DNA of 64,000 bases from a virus. The notes under the pieces are model-generated. The model was given only the letters and a program-made list of their open reading frames with translations, ran no database searches and was not told where the DNA came from. A program made the translations under genes and the position numbers. Below are positions 28,928-38,507 of the stretch, one piece after another (within the stretch, counting starts at the first letter, position 1; each line of letters begins with the position of its first letter). The DNA lies in the IMG/VR virus record IMGVR_UViG_3300035698_015907. One strand, written 5' to 3'.

Positions 28928-29545
28928 TCAATTTAATCCTTGTTCAGTTCTAACTAGACATTGAAGTCTTAATACATCACCAGTAACATCATGCCGTGAA
29001 TCATGAGGAATGAATTTTCTGTTCCATTCATTCTGATCAATGGGAACAAATCCATTACGTGTTAATGAAAAATCTGTTTTGGCATCAATATAAGTTCTAA
29101 CGTCTCTAATCTTCCAGAATTTTAGCTTATTATTTAGTTCTGGAGATTTACCGCTATCTTCAAATATTCGCCAAAGCAAAAGAGGATCGAAAGTATTTGA
29201 ACGTGACCACCAATAATCAACACGTTTATTACCCATCCATTCAAGCATCTTATCACAAAACTCAGCGTATGTCAAGTCATTTTTTTGCGGTATTAATTGT
29301 TTTTTTGCTGCATCACCAAGTGAATCCCAAAAATCAAGATCTCCCGGTTTGAACTTATAACCATTAGCAACTTGCTTTTCAACGGAAAGCTTAAGTCTTA
29401 GTGTATTACCAAGAATTTCATCATATGTATATGGCACTTTAGCCATAAATCTATCAACATCAAACATGAAAAATGAACAATTTACAATAGGACATCGTAA
29501 AACATCTTGACCAATAGTCTCAAAATCTATCATTAGATCGGACAT
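28928..29545 (-). CDS. dexA: DexA-like 3'-5' exonuclease
   Basis: IDFET, WSR...FD, RDVRT, HDSRHDV. Confidence 0.8.
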   Translation of the reverse strand: MSDLMIDFETIGQDVLRCPIVNCSFFMFDVDRFMAKVPYTYDEILGNTLRLKLSVEKQVANGYKFKPGDLDFWDSLGDAAKKQLIPQKNDLTYAEFCDKMLEWMGNKRVDYWWSRSNTFDPLLLWRIFEDSGKSPELNNKLKFWKIRDVRTYIDAKTDFSLTRNGFVPIDQNEWNRKFIPHDSRHDVTGDVLRLQCLVRTEQGLN

Positions 29546-29555
29546 TAGTTATTCC

Positions 29556-30191
29556 TTATACTTCTAAATCTTTATATTCTAATTCATTCAAACAAATGAA
29601 ACGTGTTCCAGTACTAGAATCAACCCAATCTAATGAATGATGCCAATGACCGAATATCCATATCTTAGGAGGTTTAATAGCTAACATAACCTCAAATGCA
29701 TCTCTAGTTCTAGATGGTATATTAATATGACCTGATACTGCTGGAATCATAACATGATTAGCAATAGACTCAGGACACTCATGAGTCACCATAACTTCTG
29801 GTGAATTCAATTCATAAAGTTCTATCATTCTATAGAGTTCATCTATAGATAGCTCTTCATCATCCCACCAACTAATTCCTGGTGTGCGGAATTCTTTATC
29901 TATTGATAAACCTCCGCCAATATACATAATATTATCTTCTATGGTGCCATCTTTGATCCAGTACATGCTTTTAGCACATTCAGCTGGATCGTCGTGATTA
30001 CCACGTATAAATCTAAATCTGTTGTTAGTTTCGTTTCTTTGTTGAGTTATTGTAGTATCTACAGACAAAGCTGAAATGGGCTGAAAGCCCATTCCAAAAT
30101 CACCAATTTGGACTACATTAGGATGATCAACAATTTTATCTAGTTGATCTAATTTACCGTGTATATCACCAATAAATCTAATGTTCTTCAT
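29556..30191 (-). CDS. Metallophosphoesterase
   Basis: GDIHG, GDFG, RGNHD, THECP, GHWH. Confidence 0.9.
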   Translation of the reverse strand: MKNIRFIGDIHGKLDQLDKIVDHPNVVQIGDFGMGFQPISALSVDTTITQQRNETNNRFRFIRGNHDDPAECAKSMYWIKDGTIEDNIMYIGGGLSIDKEFRTPGISWWDDEELSIDELYRMIELYELNSPEVMVTHECPESIANHVMIPAVSGHINIPSRTRDAFEVMLAIKPPKIWIFGHWHHSLDWVDSSTGTRFICLNELEYKDLEV

Positions 30192-30765
30192 TTAATACTA
30201 CTTTAGTATTAGCTTCAGGCTCAGGATCTTCTTTAATACCAGAAACAGCTTTAGAAACATAATGATTAGTAATATTTTGAAGCAGCTTTGAAATTGCTTT
30301 ATATACTTCAAGAGAAAGTCTGCGAATAAATCTATACGTAAGATTCCAAAGAACTGAAGCCGGCCACCATACAATCCAACGTACAATTCTAGCTTTATTC
30401 TTTGCTAAATTGCCAGACGAATAAAAATAGCTATCTTCGAACTTTGTATCAGTGCCAACTGAACGTTCTTTCCAGCTTTTATATTCGTTTCTAATTTTTT
30501 CCTGAATTTCTTCTGAAGAAAGTCTTGCAGTCCATTTTAATACAGACCAAACAGCACCAACAACAAAATATGCAGCTACAAAAAACAATATTGACGTAAT
30601 ATTAGATTGTACAACTGCTATTAAGTCAATATTCCATGGTATAAAGAATAATGCTGTTATAACTACAGCAGCAGTAAGTAAAAATGAACCAATATCATTG
30701 TCAGATTCTGCTGTAGCTCCTAAGAAAAATAGTAATACCAATTCTATTATCAGTAAAGTAAACAC
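30178..30765 (-). CDS. Membrane protein (3-4 TM)
   Basis: Multiple hydrophobic segments, WIVWWP. Confidence 0.75.
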   Translation of the reverse strand: MFTLLIIELVLLFFLGATAESDNDIGSFLLTAAVVITALFFIPWNIDLIAVVQSNITSILFFVAAYFVVGAVWSVLKWTARLSSEEIQEKIRNEYKSWKERSVGTDTKFEDSYFYSSGNLAKNKARIVRWIVWWPASVLWNLTYRFIRRLSLEVYKAISKLLQNITNHYVSKAVSGIKEDPEPEANTKVVLNEEH

Positions 30766-30768
30766 TTA

Positions 30769-31176
30769 TCAATCTTTTTCATATTTTGGAAGTCTGCCAT
30801 GATTTCCCTCATGAGATGGGGCAGTCCATCCCGGAGGTTTAATAAGATCAGGAAGACCGAGAGGATTTGGTCTTTCAGGCTTTATTCCTACTTCTTTTTT
30901 CATATTTGCTTTTAATACTTCATCCCACGCTACGTGAGAATCAATATTAAATAAATCTAAAGTTCCAATTGCTACAACGCAAAGATCAATCAGAGCATCA
31001 ACAACCTCTTCAGGGTTATTGATGTTATCCTCTAATTCATTTAATTCTTCGCGTAAAAAATCAACTCGGAATCTTAATAGACTCTTGAGTTTTTCTTCAT
31101 CGAAAGTATTAACACTTCCGTGTGCACGATAATGCTCGTGCATATTCGCAATATCTGATGTCCAATTAACTGTCAT
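30769..31176 (-). CDS. MazG-like all-alpha NTP pyrophosphatase (candidate dCTPase/dUTPase)
   Basis: REELNE, EVVDALID, EVLKANMKK, KPPGW. Confidence 0.8.
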   Translation of the reverse strand: MTVNWTSDIANMHEHYRAHGSVNTFDEEKLKSLLRFRVDFLREELNELEDNINNPEEVVDALIDLCVVAIGTLDLFNIDSHVAWDEVLKANMKKEVGIKPERPNPLGLPDLIKPPGWTAPSHEGNHGRLPKYEKD

Positions 31177-31187
31177 TTATAGGTCCT

Positions 31188-31216
31188 AATATATCATAAT
31201 AGATTTATTTTGTCAA
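31188..31216 (-). promoter_or_regulatory. sigma70-like promoter heading the nucleotide-modification operon
   Basis: TTGACA-17-TATATT. Confidence 0.75.
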
Positions 31217-31217
31217 C

Positions 31218-31796
31218 TTATTTGTTGTCAGCTAACGCATATTTTAAAAATCCTTTTCCGCTATAGTCGAAACCTCTTTTTTCTGATTCTTTGATTGCTG
31301 CATTCATTTTCATTCTACTGATACCTTCAAATGGATACTTACCATCTAAATGATCTAATTCATGCTGAAACTGTCTAGCAGTCATTCCACTAAATATTCG
31401 AGTTGTAACACCACCATTAGGTGTAGTAAATCTTGTTCTGATACTTTTTGCTCTGCTTCTTTTGTATATAAATCCCGGAAATGATAAGCATCCTTCTTCT
31501 AAAACAGCAGTTTCTTCTTCCATATATGTGATTCTAGGATTAAAGCAAACTAAAGCTGGATGTGCATTCATAGCAAATACTCTATATGGTAATCCTATTT
31601 GATTTGCTGCTAAACCGATTCCTTTCTTATCTCTCATTGTTGCAATAAGATCGACAGCTATTTGTTCAGGGTCCATTGGAGGATTATCAAAATCAAATGG
31701 CTCCATAACAGAAGTTAAGATAGGATTTTCCCAATCAACTAATTCGTGTATATGTCCTACTTTAGTAGGAACAATAATATTTTTATCTTCATTCAT
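31218..31796 (-). CDS. def: Peptide deformylase
   Basis: GIGLAANQIG, EGCLS, QHELDHLDG. Confidence 0.93.
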   Translation of the reverse strand: MNEDKNIIVPTKVGHIHELVDWENPILTSVMEPFDFDNPPMDPEQIAVDLIATMRDKKGIGLAANQIGLPYRVFAMNAHPALVCFNPRITYMEEETAVLEEGCLSFPGFIYKRSRAKSIRTRFTTPNGGVTTRIFSGMTARQFQHELDHLDGKYPFEGISRMKMNAAIKESEKRGFDYSGKGFLKYALADNK

Positions 31797-32001
31797 CTCT
31801 TATTATTTGTCCGTTAATATATTCTAAAACTTTGAAACTTTTTAGTTCATAATCTTGTCTATATATTTCTGCGATTGATTGTTCTTCGAAGAAAATAAAT
31901 CCAGGATGATCACTTCTAAACACACATATACTAGGATCAGCTAATGGTGATCCTTTTCCATTGTTAGATACTAATACAAAATAACTATTAGACTGTGACA
32001 A
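31789..32001 (-). CDS. Hypothetical protein
   Basis: 70 aa overlapping both neighbours. Confidence 0.55.
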   Translation of the reverse strand: MSQSNSYFVLVSNNGKGSPLADPSICVFRSDHPGFIFFEEQSIAEIYRQDYELKSFKVLEYINGQIIRDE

Positions 32002-33730
32002 GATTTTCCTCCACTGATGTTATTCTACTAAAGTTGTTTTTCTTTTCAAATTCAACTACACGATCGAATTTATCTTTTAGCTGATCAGTTTTATGTGATA
32101 TAACAAATATATTAGCTTCACCAGTAACTGAATATAGAATGTTTAGAAAGTCTTCTGAACCTACAGAATCTAGCGAACCATCAAAAACTTCATCAAGAAT
32201 CAAAAGATTTGTTGATGCAGAATTTCTTAGCTTTGCAATAGTTCTCCAAGCAAATAGTAGAGCTAAATCTATTCTTGTTTTTTCTCCCTCAGAAAATGAA
32301 GAATAACTAAACACATCTCTAAAACGGGATTTAATTGTTTCAGAAAAAGTTTCATCAATCTCAAACTGAATGAAAAAATCCATTGCTGCTAGATATTTGT
32401 TTATGAGTTTATTGATAATTGGAATATATTGACGAATAATGCGTGACTTAATACCACCATCTTTAAGTATAGTTCCAGCTACACGTTGTATTTCTTTATA
32501 TTCGAAAAGGTTCTTCTTTTCTTGTGCAACATCATCACGCTCTTTTTCATATTTTCTAATATTATCACCATCATAATTATATTCAGCATTTCTCTCTACG
32601 ACTTTAGAAATCTGTTCTTCTAAGTCTTTTATAGATCCTTCAATATTCTTTATTTTAGATGATTTAAGTGATATATCAACATTCAAATTAGAAACAAAAT
32701 CTATGAATCTTTTTATTTCATTCAGACGCTCAGACTCGATCTCAAAAGTCTCTTTGAGACTTTCTATTCCGGTTTCTATTTGTACTAGATCGTTCTTTTT
32801 AGATACAATAGTCTTGCCTTTAAATTCTTCATCAATTATTTGTTGACATGTAGGGCAACCATCATTATTAAGAAAGAACGCAATTTCATCTTCTAATCTA
32901 ACTTTTTTATCAGACAGTTTATTAATCAATGAAGACATTTCATTAACTTTGCTAGCTAATGCTTTTTCTCCAACAGTCTTCTTTAGTATTTTAGAAAGTT
33001 CTGATTGTTTTTCATCTAATATACGAGCTTCAATATCCATTTCTTCTTTGTATTTAGAAATTCTATTTTTGAAGCCCCTAATAAGATCTTCGGAAGAAGT
33101 CATCATATTTTTGATGTATTCTTCTTGCATCTTAATTTTAGCATTAGACATCTCAAGACGATAATCTGCGTCTAATAAGTCTCCGTTATTAGATGAAATT
33201 TTATCTTTAAGAAGCATATTCATAATAGTGAAGATTTGTATATCTAACAAGTCTTCTATTATTTCTCTTCTTTGACCAGTAGGAAGTTGCATAAATGGAA
33301 CAAATGATGCAGAACCAAGAATAACAACCTGGCAAAATGATTTGAATGTTAGTTTAAGAATATACTTCTCTAATATTTCCTGATAATCTCTAGAATTAGC
33401 TTCTTGATTTATCATCTCACCGTTCTTGATAATCTCAAAAACGTTAGGTTTCATACCTCTTCTAACAATAAATTCATCTAAATTAGATGAAAATTCTATT
33501 TCAACTAAGCAATGCTTGTTATTAACGGAATTTACTAACTGAGGTTTATTGATCTTACGAAAAGCTTTATTATATAAAGCATAGCAAATAGCATCCATAA
33601 ATGTGGATTTGCCATAGCCATTCGCACCTACAACTAAAGTTGTTTGAGCATCATCTAATTTCATTTCAGAAAAATCGTTACCAGTAGAAAGAAAATTCTT
33701 CCACCTCACAGTATGAAATACTAAACCCAT
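31988..33730 (-). CDS. gp46: Rad50/SbcC-like recombination ATPase
   Basis: WKNFLSTG, GANGYGKST, CPTC hook, FSEGEK, LILDEVFD. Confidence 0.95.
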   Translation of the reverse strand: MGLVFHTVRWKNFLSTGNDFSEMKLDDAQTTLVVGANGYGKSTFMDAICYALYNKAFRKINKPQLVNSVNNKHCLVEIEFSSNLDEFIVRRGMKPNVFEIIKNGEMINQEANSRDYQEILEKYILKLTFKSFCQVVILGSASFVPFMQLPTGQRREIIEDLLDIQIFTIMNMLLKDKISSNNGDLLDADYRLEMSNAKIKMQEEYIKNMMTSSEDLIRGFKNRISKYKEEMDIEARILDEKQSELSKILKKTVGEKALASKVNEMSSLINKLSDKKVRLEDEIAFFLNNDGCPTCQQIIDEEFKGKTIVSKKNDLVQIETGIESLKETFEIESERLNEIKRFIDFVSNLNVDISLKSSKIKNIEGSIKDLEEQISKVVERNAEYNYDGDNIRKYEKERDDVAQEKKNLFEYKEIQRVAGTILKDGGIKSRIIRQYIPIINKLINKYLAAMDFFIQFEIDETFSETIKSRFRDVFSYSSFSEGEKTRIDLALLFAWRTIAKLRNSASTNLLILDEVFDGSLDSVGSEDFLNILYSVTGEANIFVISHKTDQLKDKFDRVVEFEKKNNFSRITSVEENLVTV

Positions 33731-33736
33731 TCTATA

Positions 33737-34804
33737 TTACTCAATATTAAGTGCTTCTTCATAAAGATTTCTTATGAATGCATCTAATTTAATTTTGTCA
33801 ACTGGTGTATCCATATTAGATACATACTTCTTTAGAATAGTCAATGTATCCTGTGCTTCATCAACTAATTCATCTTCTGAAATTCCGTCTAAATTTAGAT
33901 GATCCTCTACTATTTGTATATTTGCGGGATTAGCAGTTTCTATTTTTGCAATAACACTATCAAACAGCCAATTGATAGTTTTATTTTTAATAACGATTTT
34001 AACATAACAACCTTCATAAATGCTTTCATCAAATTTTAGCATTTCATCTTTGTTTTTAGTTGCATCATTATAGAAAAACTTTCTGAAAACTTGATAAGGA
34101 TTTTCAATATATCTTAATTCTCTTGTATCAGTATCAAGTATATGAAATCCTTTAGTATCATCATAATCTGCCCATGTAAATTGACATGGTGCACCTAGAT
34201 AAGAAATGTTGCCAACATTTGATTTATGATGATAATGTCCAGATAAAACCATTTCAAATTTTTGAAATATATTCTTATCCATACCATGTTCCATGATATG
34301 ACCACGATCCATCTCAAAACCAGAAAGCTCGAGATGTCCCATCAGAATTTGTGCTTTAGTACCAGCAATTTCTAAATAAAAATCATTCTGATTATCAGCA
34401 CAAATCCATGGAACTAAACAAATATCTAAACCATCAACATTAATAGTTTCAGCTTTTTCATACAACTTAATATCATATTTAGAATTCTTATATAATGATT
34501 TTATGGCATTATATGAATTAGTATGCTTATATTGAGTATCATGATTGCCGCATAATATATGGAAATCGATGTCCCTATCAAATACCGGGTCCATGAAGTT
34601 GTCATGAAGAACTTTAGCAGTTAGATATTGAATATATTTCCTACGATCAACTAGATCACCTAAATGAATTATAGTCTTTATTTCTTCTTTATCAATAGTC
34701 GGAAAAAATACATTCTCATAAAACTTCTTAAAATATGTATGAAAGTTAGAATTATCATTTCTAACTCCGAAATGTGTATCATTAATAATGGCGATTTTAG
34801 CCAA
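33737..34804 (-). CDS. gp47: Mre11/SbcD-like nuclease
   Basis: DTHFG, HLGD, GNHD, GHLE, SGHYH. Confidence 0.95.
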   Translation of the reverse strand: MAKIAIINDTHFGVRNDNSNFHTYFKKFYENVFFPTIDKEEIKTIIHLGDLVDRRKYIQYLTAKVLHDNFMDPVFDRDIDFHILCGNHDTQYKHTNSYNAIKSLYKNSKYDIKLYEKAETINVDGLDICLVPWICADNQNDFYLEIAGTKAQILMGHLELSGFEMDRGHIMEHGMDKNIFQKFEMVLSGHYHHKSNVGNISYLGAPCQFTWADYDDTKGFHILDTDTRELRYIENPYQVFRKFFYNDATKNKDEMLKFDESIYEGCYVKIVIKNKTINWLFDSVIAKIETANPANIQIVEDHLNLDGISEDELVDEAQDTLTILKKYVSNMDTPVDKIKLDAFIRNLYEEALNIE

Positions 34805-34815
34805 ATTATATAACC

Positions 34816-35358
34816 CTATTCATCAGAATCTTTGAAAAGCTTTTCTACACCTTTCTTATTTTTCTTAGATTCTTTAGCTTTATTATCACGCTTAAGTTTC
34901 ATCTCTTCAAAATTAGAGACTACTTCATTAGCAACTTCATCAATAGCATTTCCTATACTTCTAAATTCTTTATCTCCTGCATATAATTCACCTGATATAT
35001 CCATTCTCTGGTATAACTTATACTTAACATAATTGCTTCTTTTTTCTTTTTCTATTCTGCGCCAAAAAGCCCATGTTGTTATTTGTGTAAAATAAGCAAA
35101 TGGGTTACTTGATTTAGCAGGATCAAAATTATTAGCAGCAACTACACAGTTTTCAATTGCATCATCTTTCATTTCATCAATATAAGAATATCCTGCATAA
35201 CTTGGTTTTCTTGCAAGATTTTCTGCAATAAGAATGAAACATTTTCCTATGTAGTTAGGTAAGATTGGATCTTGTTTGCCTTCTTTCCTAGCTTTAGCGA
35301 CTTTTTCTCGGTGCTTAATAAAAGCTTCGAACATCGCTTTATTATCAATATAATCCAT
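34816..35358 (-). CDS. gp55: Late sigma factor
   Basis: YIDN, YIGKCF, NFDP..S.NPFAYFTQI...AF.RRIEKEK. Confidence 0.95.
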   Translation of the reverse strand: MDYIDNKAMFEAFIKHREKVAKARKEGKQDPILPNYIGKCFILIAENLARKPSYAGYSYIDEMKDDAIENCVVAANNFDPAKSSNPFAYFTQITTWAFWRRIEKEKRSNYVKYKLYQRMDISGELYAGDKEFRSIGNAIDEVANEVVSNFEEMKLKRDNKAKESKKNKKGVEKLFKDSDE

Positions 35359-35921
35359 TAATCTTTAGTATCTTCATCGTCAAATTCATCTATAACATCA
35401 TAATCAGATTCATCTTCATTTAAACGTAAAGTACTTTTTCTTAAATCATTAATGTCTATTTTAGCGTTTTCATCTAACTTTGAAATTGAATTTCTATTAA
35501 AAGCCTTTTTGATAGAACTCATAGACTCTTCATCATTTTCATCAAAACCAGAAATACCTAATAGATCCATTTTAGTTGATATTTTAGAATACATGACATT
35601 TAAATTATCATAAACTTCACACATTTCATCATCAACCGCATACATCGATAATATAGAAGCAGGATTAAATGATACTGGTGTTGCGAGGTCATTATTAAGC
35701 ATTGCATGTTTTGCAAAACTATAACCGTTTCCTCTAGTATCTAGTAAAGTTCTTTTTATCATTTCAAGAGGGTTTACAATAACAGTTGTTTCGCCTGTTT
35801 CATTACCTAGAACTCCTATTATCGTAGAACCAGAATTCAAATTCAATGCTACTACATCACCAACATTAAACATATAAACTGTATTCTTCTTATTTTTATT
35901 CTTCTTTTTCTTGTTAGTCAT
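35358..35921 (-). CDS. Hypothetical protein (Sm-like N-terminus possible)
   Basis: 187 aa between uvsW and gp55. Confidence 0.65.
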   Translation of the reverse strand: MTNKKKKNKNKKNTVYMFNVGDVVALNLNSGSTIIGVLGNETGETTVIVNPLEMIKRTLLDTRGNGYSFAKHAMLNNDLATPVSFNPASILSMYAVDDEMCEVYDNLNVMYSKISTKMDLLGISGFDENDEESMSSIKKAFNRNSISKLDENAKIDINDLRKSTLRLNEDESDYDVIDEFDDEDTKD

Positions 35922-35924
35922 AAT

Positions 35925-37400
35925 CTAATCCTTCAGTTTAACGTTATAGATTTTAGGTCTAAATTTTTCTTCAGAATAAGTAATTATTCTTTCAGCAAAA
36001 TGTTTTAGAGTAAAATTTTTCCAAGATTTAGTTGATAAATCATCAGCTATATCAAACAACTCAATTTTAATCTTATCATTTTTTCCTCCCATTCTAAGTC
36101 CTCTACCTATAGATTGTAGAATTCTTATCTTTGACTTAGTTGGAGCAGCCATTATCATATTAAAAATATTCTTGATAGATATTGCGGTCTGAAATGTTCC
36201 ATAAGATACTACTGCTACAATATCATCTTCTTTTTCGATAACAGCACGTATATCATTTCTTATTTCACCATCAACGCCACCGTGTATAAGTATAACTTTC
36301 TTATTAGGAAATTTCTTTTGAATAGTTTCAGCTAATAATTCGCCGTGTCTAATTCTCTGAAAGAATACTAGAGTATTGCCTTTTAATGATCCAGCTAAAT
36401 TTCTTATGAAACGCGTTCTTGCTTCGCAATCTATAAGAAAATCTATTTCTTTATTAATATCTTTCTTAGGTAGTTCCTTTCTATCTTTATCAGTGTGATG
36501 AAGTATAATGCACTTCAAATCGATCTCAGCAACATAGCCTTCATCCATTAGCTTTCTAGTTTTAACTAAATCTCTAACTCTACCAAACAAGCCTTCGAGA
36601 ACCATAGTATTACACTTAGAACCTTTTATAGTTCCAGTGAAACCAAACTTATATGATGCAGAAACTGTTTTTTCCATTAGTTCGATGAAAGTTTTTGCAG
36701 CAAAGTGATGAGCTTCATCACCTATAATAACATCAAATCTTTGAATTGTTGACGTGTTGGTTCTCATTAGAGATTGCCACGTAGAAATTACAATACGTGT
36801 ATCAACATCTTTTTCTTGACTTCCATAAATTTTATGTATATCATCAGCGTGAACACCGTATTCTTCTAGATCTTGTGCCATCTGATGAACAGCAGCAACA
36901 GAGTCTACAACTATTAAAGTCGGTAGACTGTAGTATTCGCATATAGAATGTATTATGAAACTTTTACCAGATGATGTAGGTGACAACATCAAAGATCGAT
37001 TTTTTCTAACGCAATGAGCGAATGCTTCAACTTGGTAATCCCTAAGTTCAAAATCTGGTATTTTGTTCTTAGCTCTTTCAACAAGTACATTCATAAATTC
37101 TCCAGCTTCAGCTAAAGACATTTCAGTGTCAGAAAAATCTACATTATTGAATTCTAGTTCATAATCTCTAGCATCGCAAAAACGTTGCAGTTCTTCTAAC
37201 AAACCAATATACAAAGTTTGTTCTGTTAAGTTAACTAGACGTATTTTTCCATCCCAGACCTTATTACGGACTTTGGGATGAAATTTAGCGCCTTCTATTT
37301 CGAATGTAAAATGTTCTTGTATTTCTCTAAGAATACCTCTATCAGATATTATCTTAAAGAATACTTCATCTACTTTTTCTAATCTTATTGTTTCTGTCAA
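35925..37400 (-). CDS. uvsW: SF2 RNA-DNA/DNA helicase
   Basis: WDGKIRL, RDYQ, PTSSGKS, DEAH, GFTGT, QSIGRGLR. Confidence 0.95.
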   Translation of the reverse strand: MTETIRLEKVDEVFFKIISDRGILREIQEHFTFEIEGAKFHPKVRNKVWDGKIRLVNLTEQTLYIGLLEELQRFCDARDYELEFNNVDFSDTEMSLAEAGEFMNVLVERAKNKIPDFELRDYQVEAFAHCVRKNRSLMLSPTSSGKSFIIHSICEYYSLPTLIVVDSVAAVHQMAQDLEEYGVHADDIHKIYGSQEKDVDTRIVISTWQSLMRTNTSTIQRFDVIIGDEAHHFAAKTFIELMEKTVSASYKFGFTGTIKGSKCNTMVLEGLFGRVRDLVKTRKLMDEGYVAEIDLKCIILHHTDKDRKELPKKDINKEIDFLIDCEARTRFIRNLAGSLKGNTLVFFQRIRHGELLAETIQKKFPNKKVILIHGGVDGEIRNDIRAVIEKEDDIVAVVSYGTFQTAISIKNIFNMIMAAPTKSKIRILQSIGRGLRMGGKNDKIKIELFDIADDLSTKSWKNFTLKHFAERIITYSEEKFRPKIYNVKLKD

Positions 37401-37960
37401 TTGTACTTTATATGAACTACATAGTTATCAGGATCATCATTTTTAGAAAATTTCATTTTTTCAGTTTTCTGAAGAAATCCATCAAATACTGGCGACCAAA
37501 CAGCTCCAGCATCAAATTCATTAGCGCCTTTGTATGTTACTACTATAGTATTTTTTGGAACCCACGATCTAAAAGCTATAGCGAATTGACCAAGGCCCGG
37601 AACCTTTATATCTTCAATATTAGCTTCATTGATGATTAATCTATTTCCTACACCTCTATAAGTTTTCTTGTAGATGTGTTTTGCTGCGTCAAAAATTACT
37701 TTAGTATCTGGTTTTTCTTCTAATACTAATCCAGGATTTAATAGATAATCACGTTCTAACACCCCAATGTCAGTAAGAACATCAGGTTCTTTCTTTATAA
37801 TACTGAGTTTATAAGTATCATCTTCTTCAGATTTTATAGACTGCAAGAAACAATTGAAATCTTGTTTCTCAATATCATCTAATAACGGCTGAGTTCCTAA
37901 AAATGGATGATAATTTTCATTTACCCATGTTTTTATTATACTAGCAATTTCTTCTTGCAA
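37397..37960 (-). CDS. Protein with a C-terminal segment homologous to major capsid protein gp23
   Basis: AAKHIYKKTYRGVGNRLII and VVTYKGANEFDAGAVWSP vs gp23 EANQISKATRRGKGNMII and TVGYKGANAFDAGLFYCP in this window. Confidence 0.7.
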   Translation of the reverse strand: MQEEIASIIKTWVNENYHPFLGTQPLLDDIEKQDFNCFLQSIKSEEDDTYKLSIIKKEPDVLTDIGVLERDYLLNPGLVLEEKPDTKVIFDAAKHIYKKTYRGVGNRLIINEANIEDIKVPGLGQFAIAFRSWVPKNTIVVTYKGANEFDAGAVWSPVFDGFLQKTEKMKFSKNDDPDNYVVHIKYN

Positions 37961-37961
37961 T

Positions 37962-38408
37962 TTATGCTCCTGCTATAAACTTCGACCACTCAATAGCGGC
38001 ACGAATGTTAAATGATCTTGAGAAAATTTCTTTGATGATAGACATTAACACATCTTTCTTTTCTCTTTGTTCTCCAACAAGAGTTGACATCTTTATCATA
38101 TCTTTGTCACCATCAATAACTCTAGGAATATCAGCTTTAAGAATCACATTTCTTTGTGGTTCCCATCCAAGCTTATCTAACATATCAGTTCCATTGAGAG
38201 TTCCCATGTACCAATCAAACTTGAGATTGTATAGTTGTTTATATTTTGACTCTAACGAACGCAGCTCTCTGTTTTCAATTGCAAGGATCCTACTATATTT
38301 TGAATGTAAAGATGCTAGTTTTAGAGCTTCATTACCAAGATCTGTGTGATCAATGGCTGAATCTGTATCCCAAAAATCTAATATTTCTTCTAATGACAAT
38401 TTTAACAA
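37962..38408 (-). CDS. uvsY: Recombination mediator
   Basis: D..ID...L..E......LHSKY, WYMG, ILKADI...IDGD.D, RSFNIRAAIEW.KF; start placed downstream of the promoter. Confidence 0.9.
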   Translation of the reverse strand: MLKLSLEEILDFWDTDSAIDHTDLGNEALKLASLHSKYSRILAIENRELRSLESKYKQLYNLKFDWYMGTLNGTDMLDKLGWEPQRNVILKADIPRVIDGDKDMIKMSTLVGEQREKKDVLMSIIKEIFSRSFNIRAAIEWSKFIAGA

Positions 38409-38429
38409 TGATCTTATTAATATTGTGTG

Positions 38430-38458
38430 ATTATACAACATTTTTCAAAGATTGTCAA
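38430..38458 (-). promoter_or_regulatory. sigma70-like promoter for uvsY
   Basis: TTGACA-17-TATAAT. Confidence 0.85.
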
Positions 38459-38477
38459 CAGAAACTGCATTATTTCC

Positions 38478-38507
38478 TTGACATAGATGATACAAATACG
38501 GTATAAT
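38478..38507 (+). promoter_or_regulatory. Divergent sigma70-like promoter with no downstream ORF
   Basis: TTGACA-18-TATAAT. Confidence 0.75.

Noticed and set aside
37397-37960. Head vertex protein gp24
   Set aside because: Far too short for a full HK97 fold and not in a late transcription unit
38409-38441. 5' extension of the uvsY ORF (MLYNHTILIRS)
   Set aside because: Overlaps the -10 box of its own promoter, so the real start is downstream
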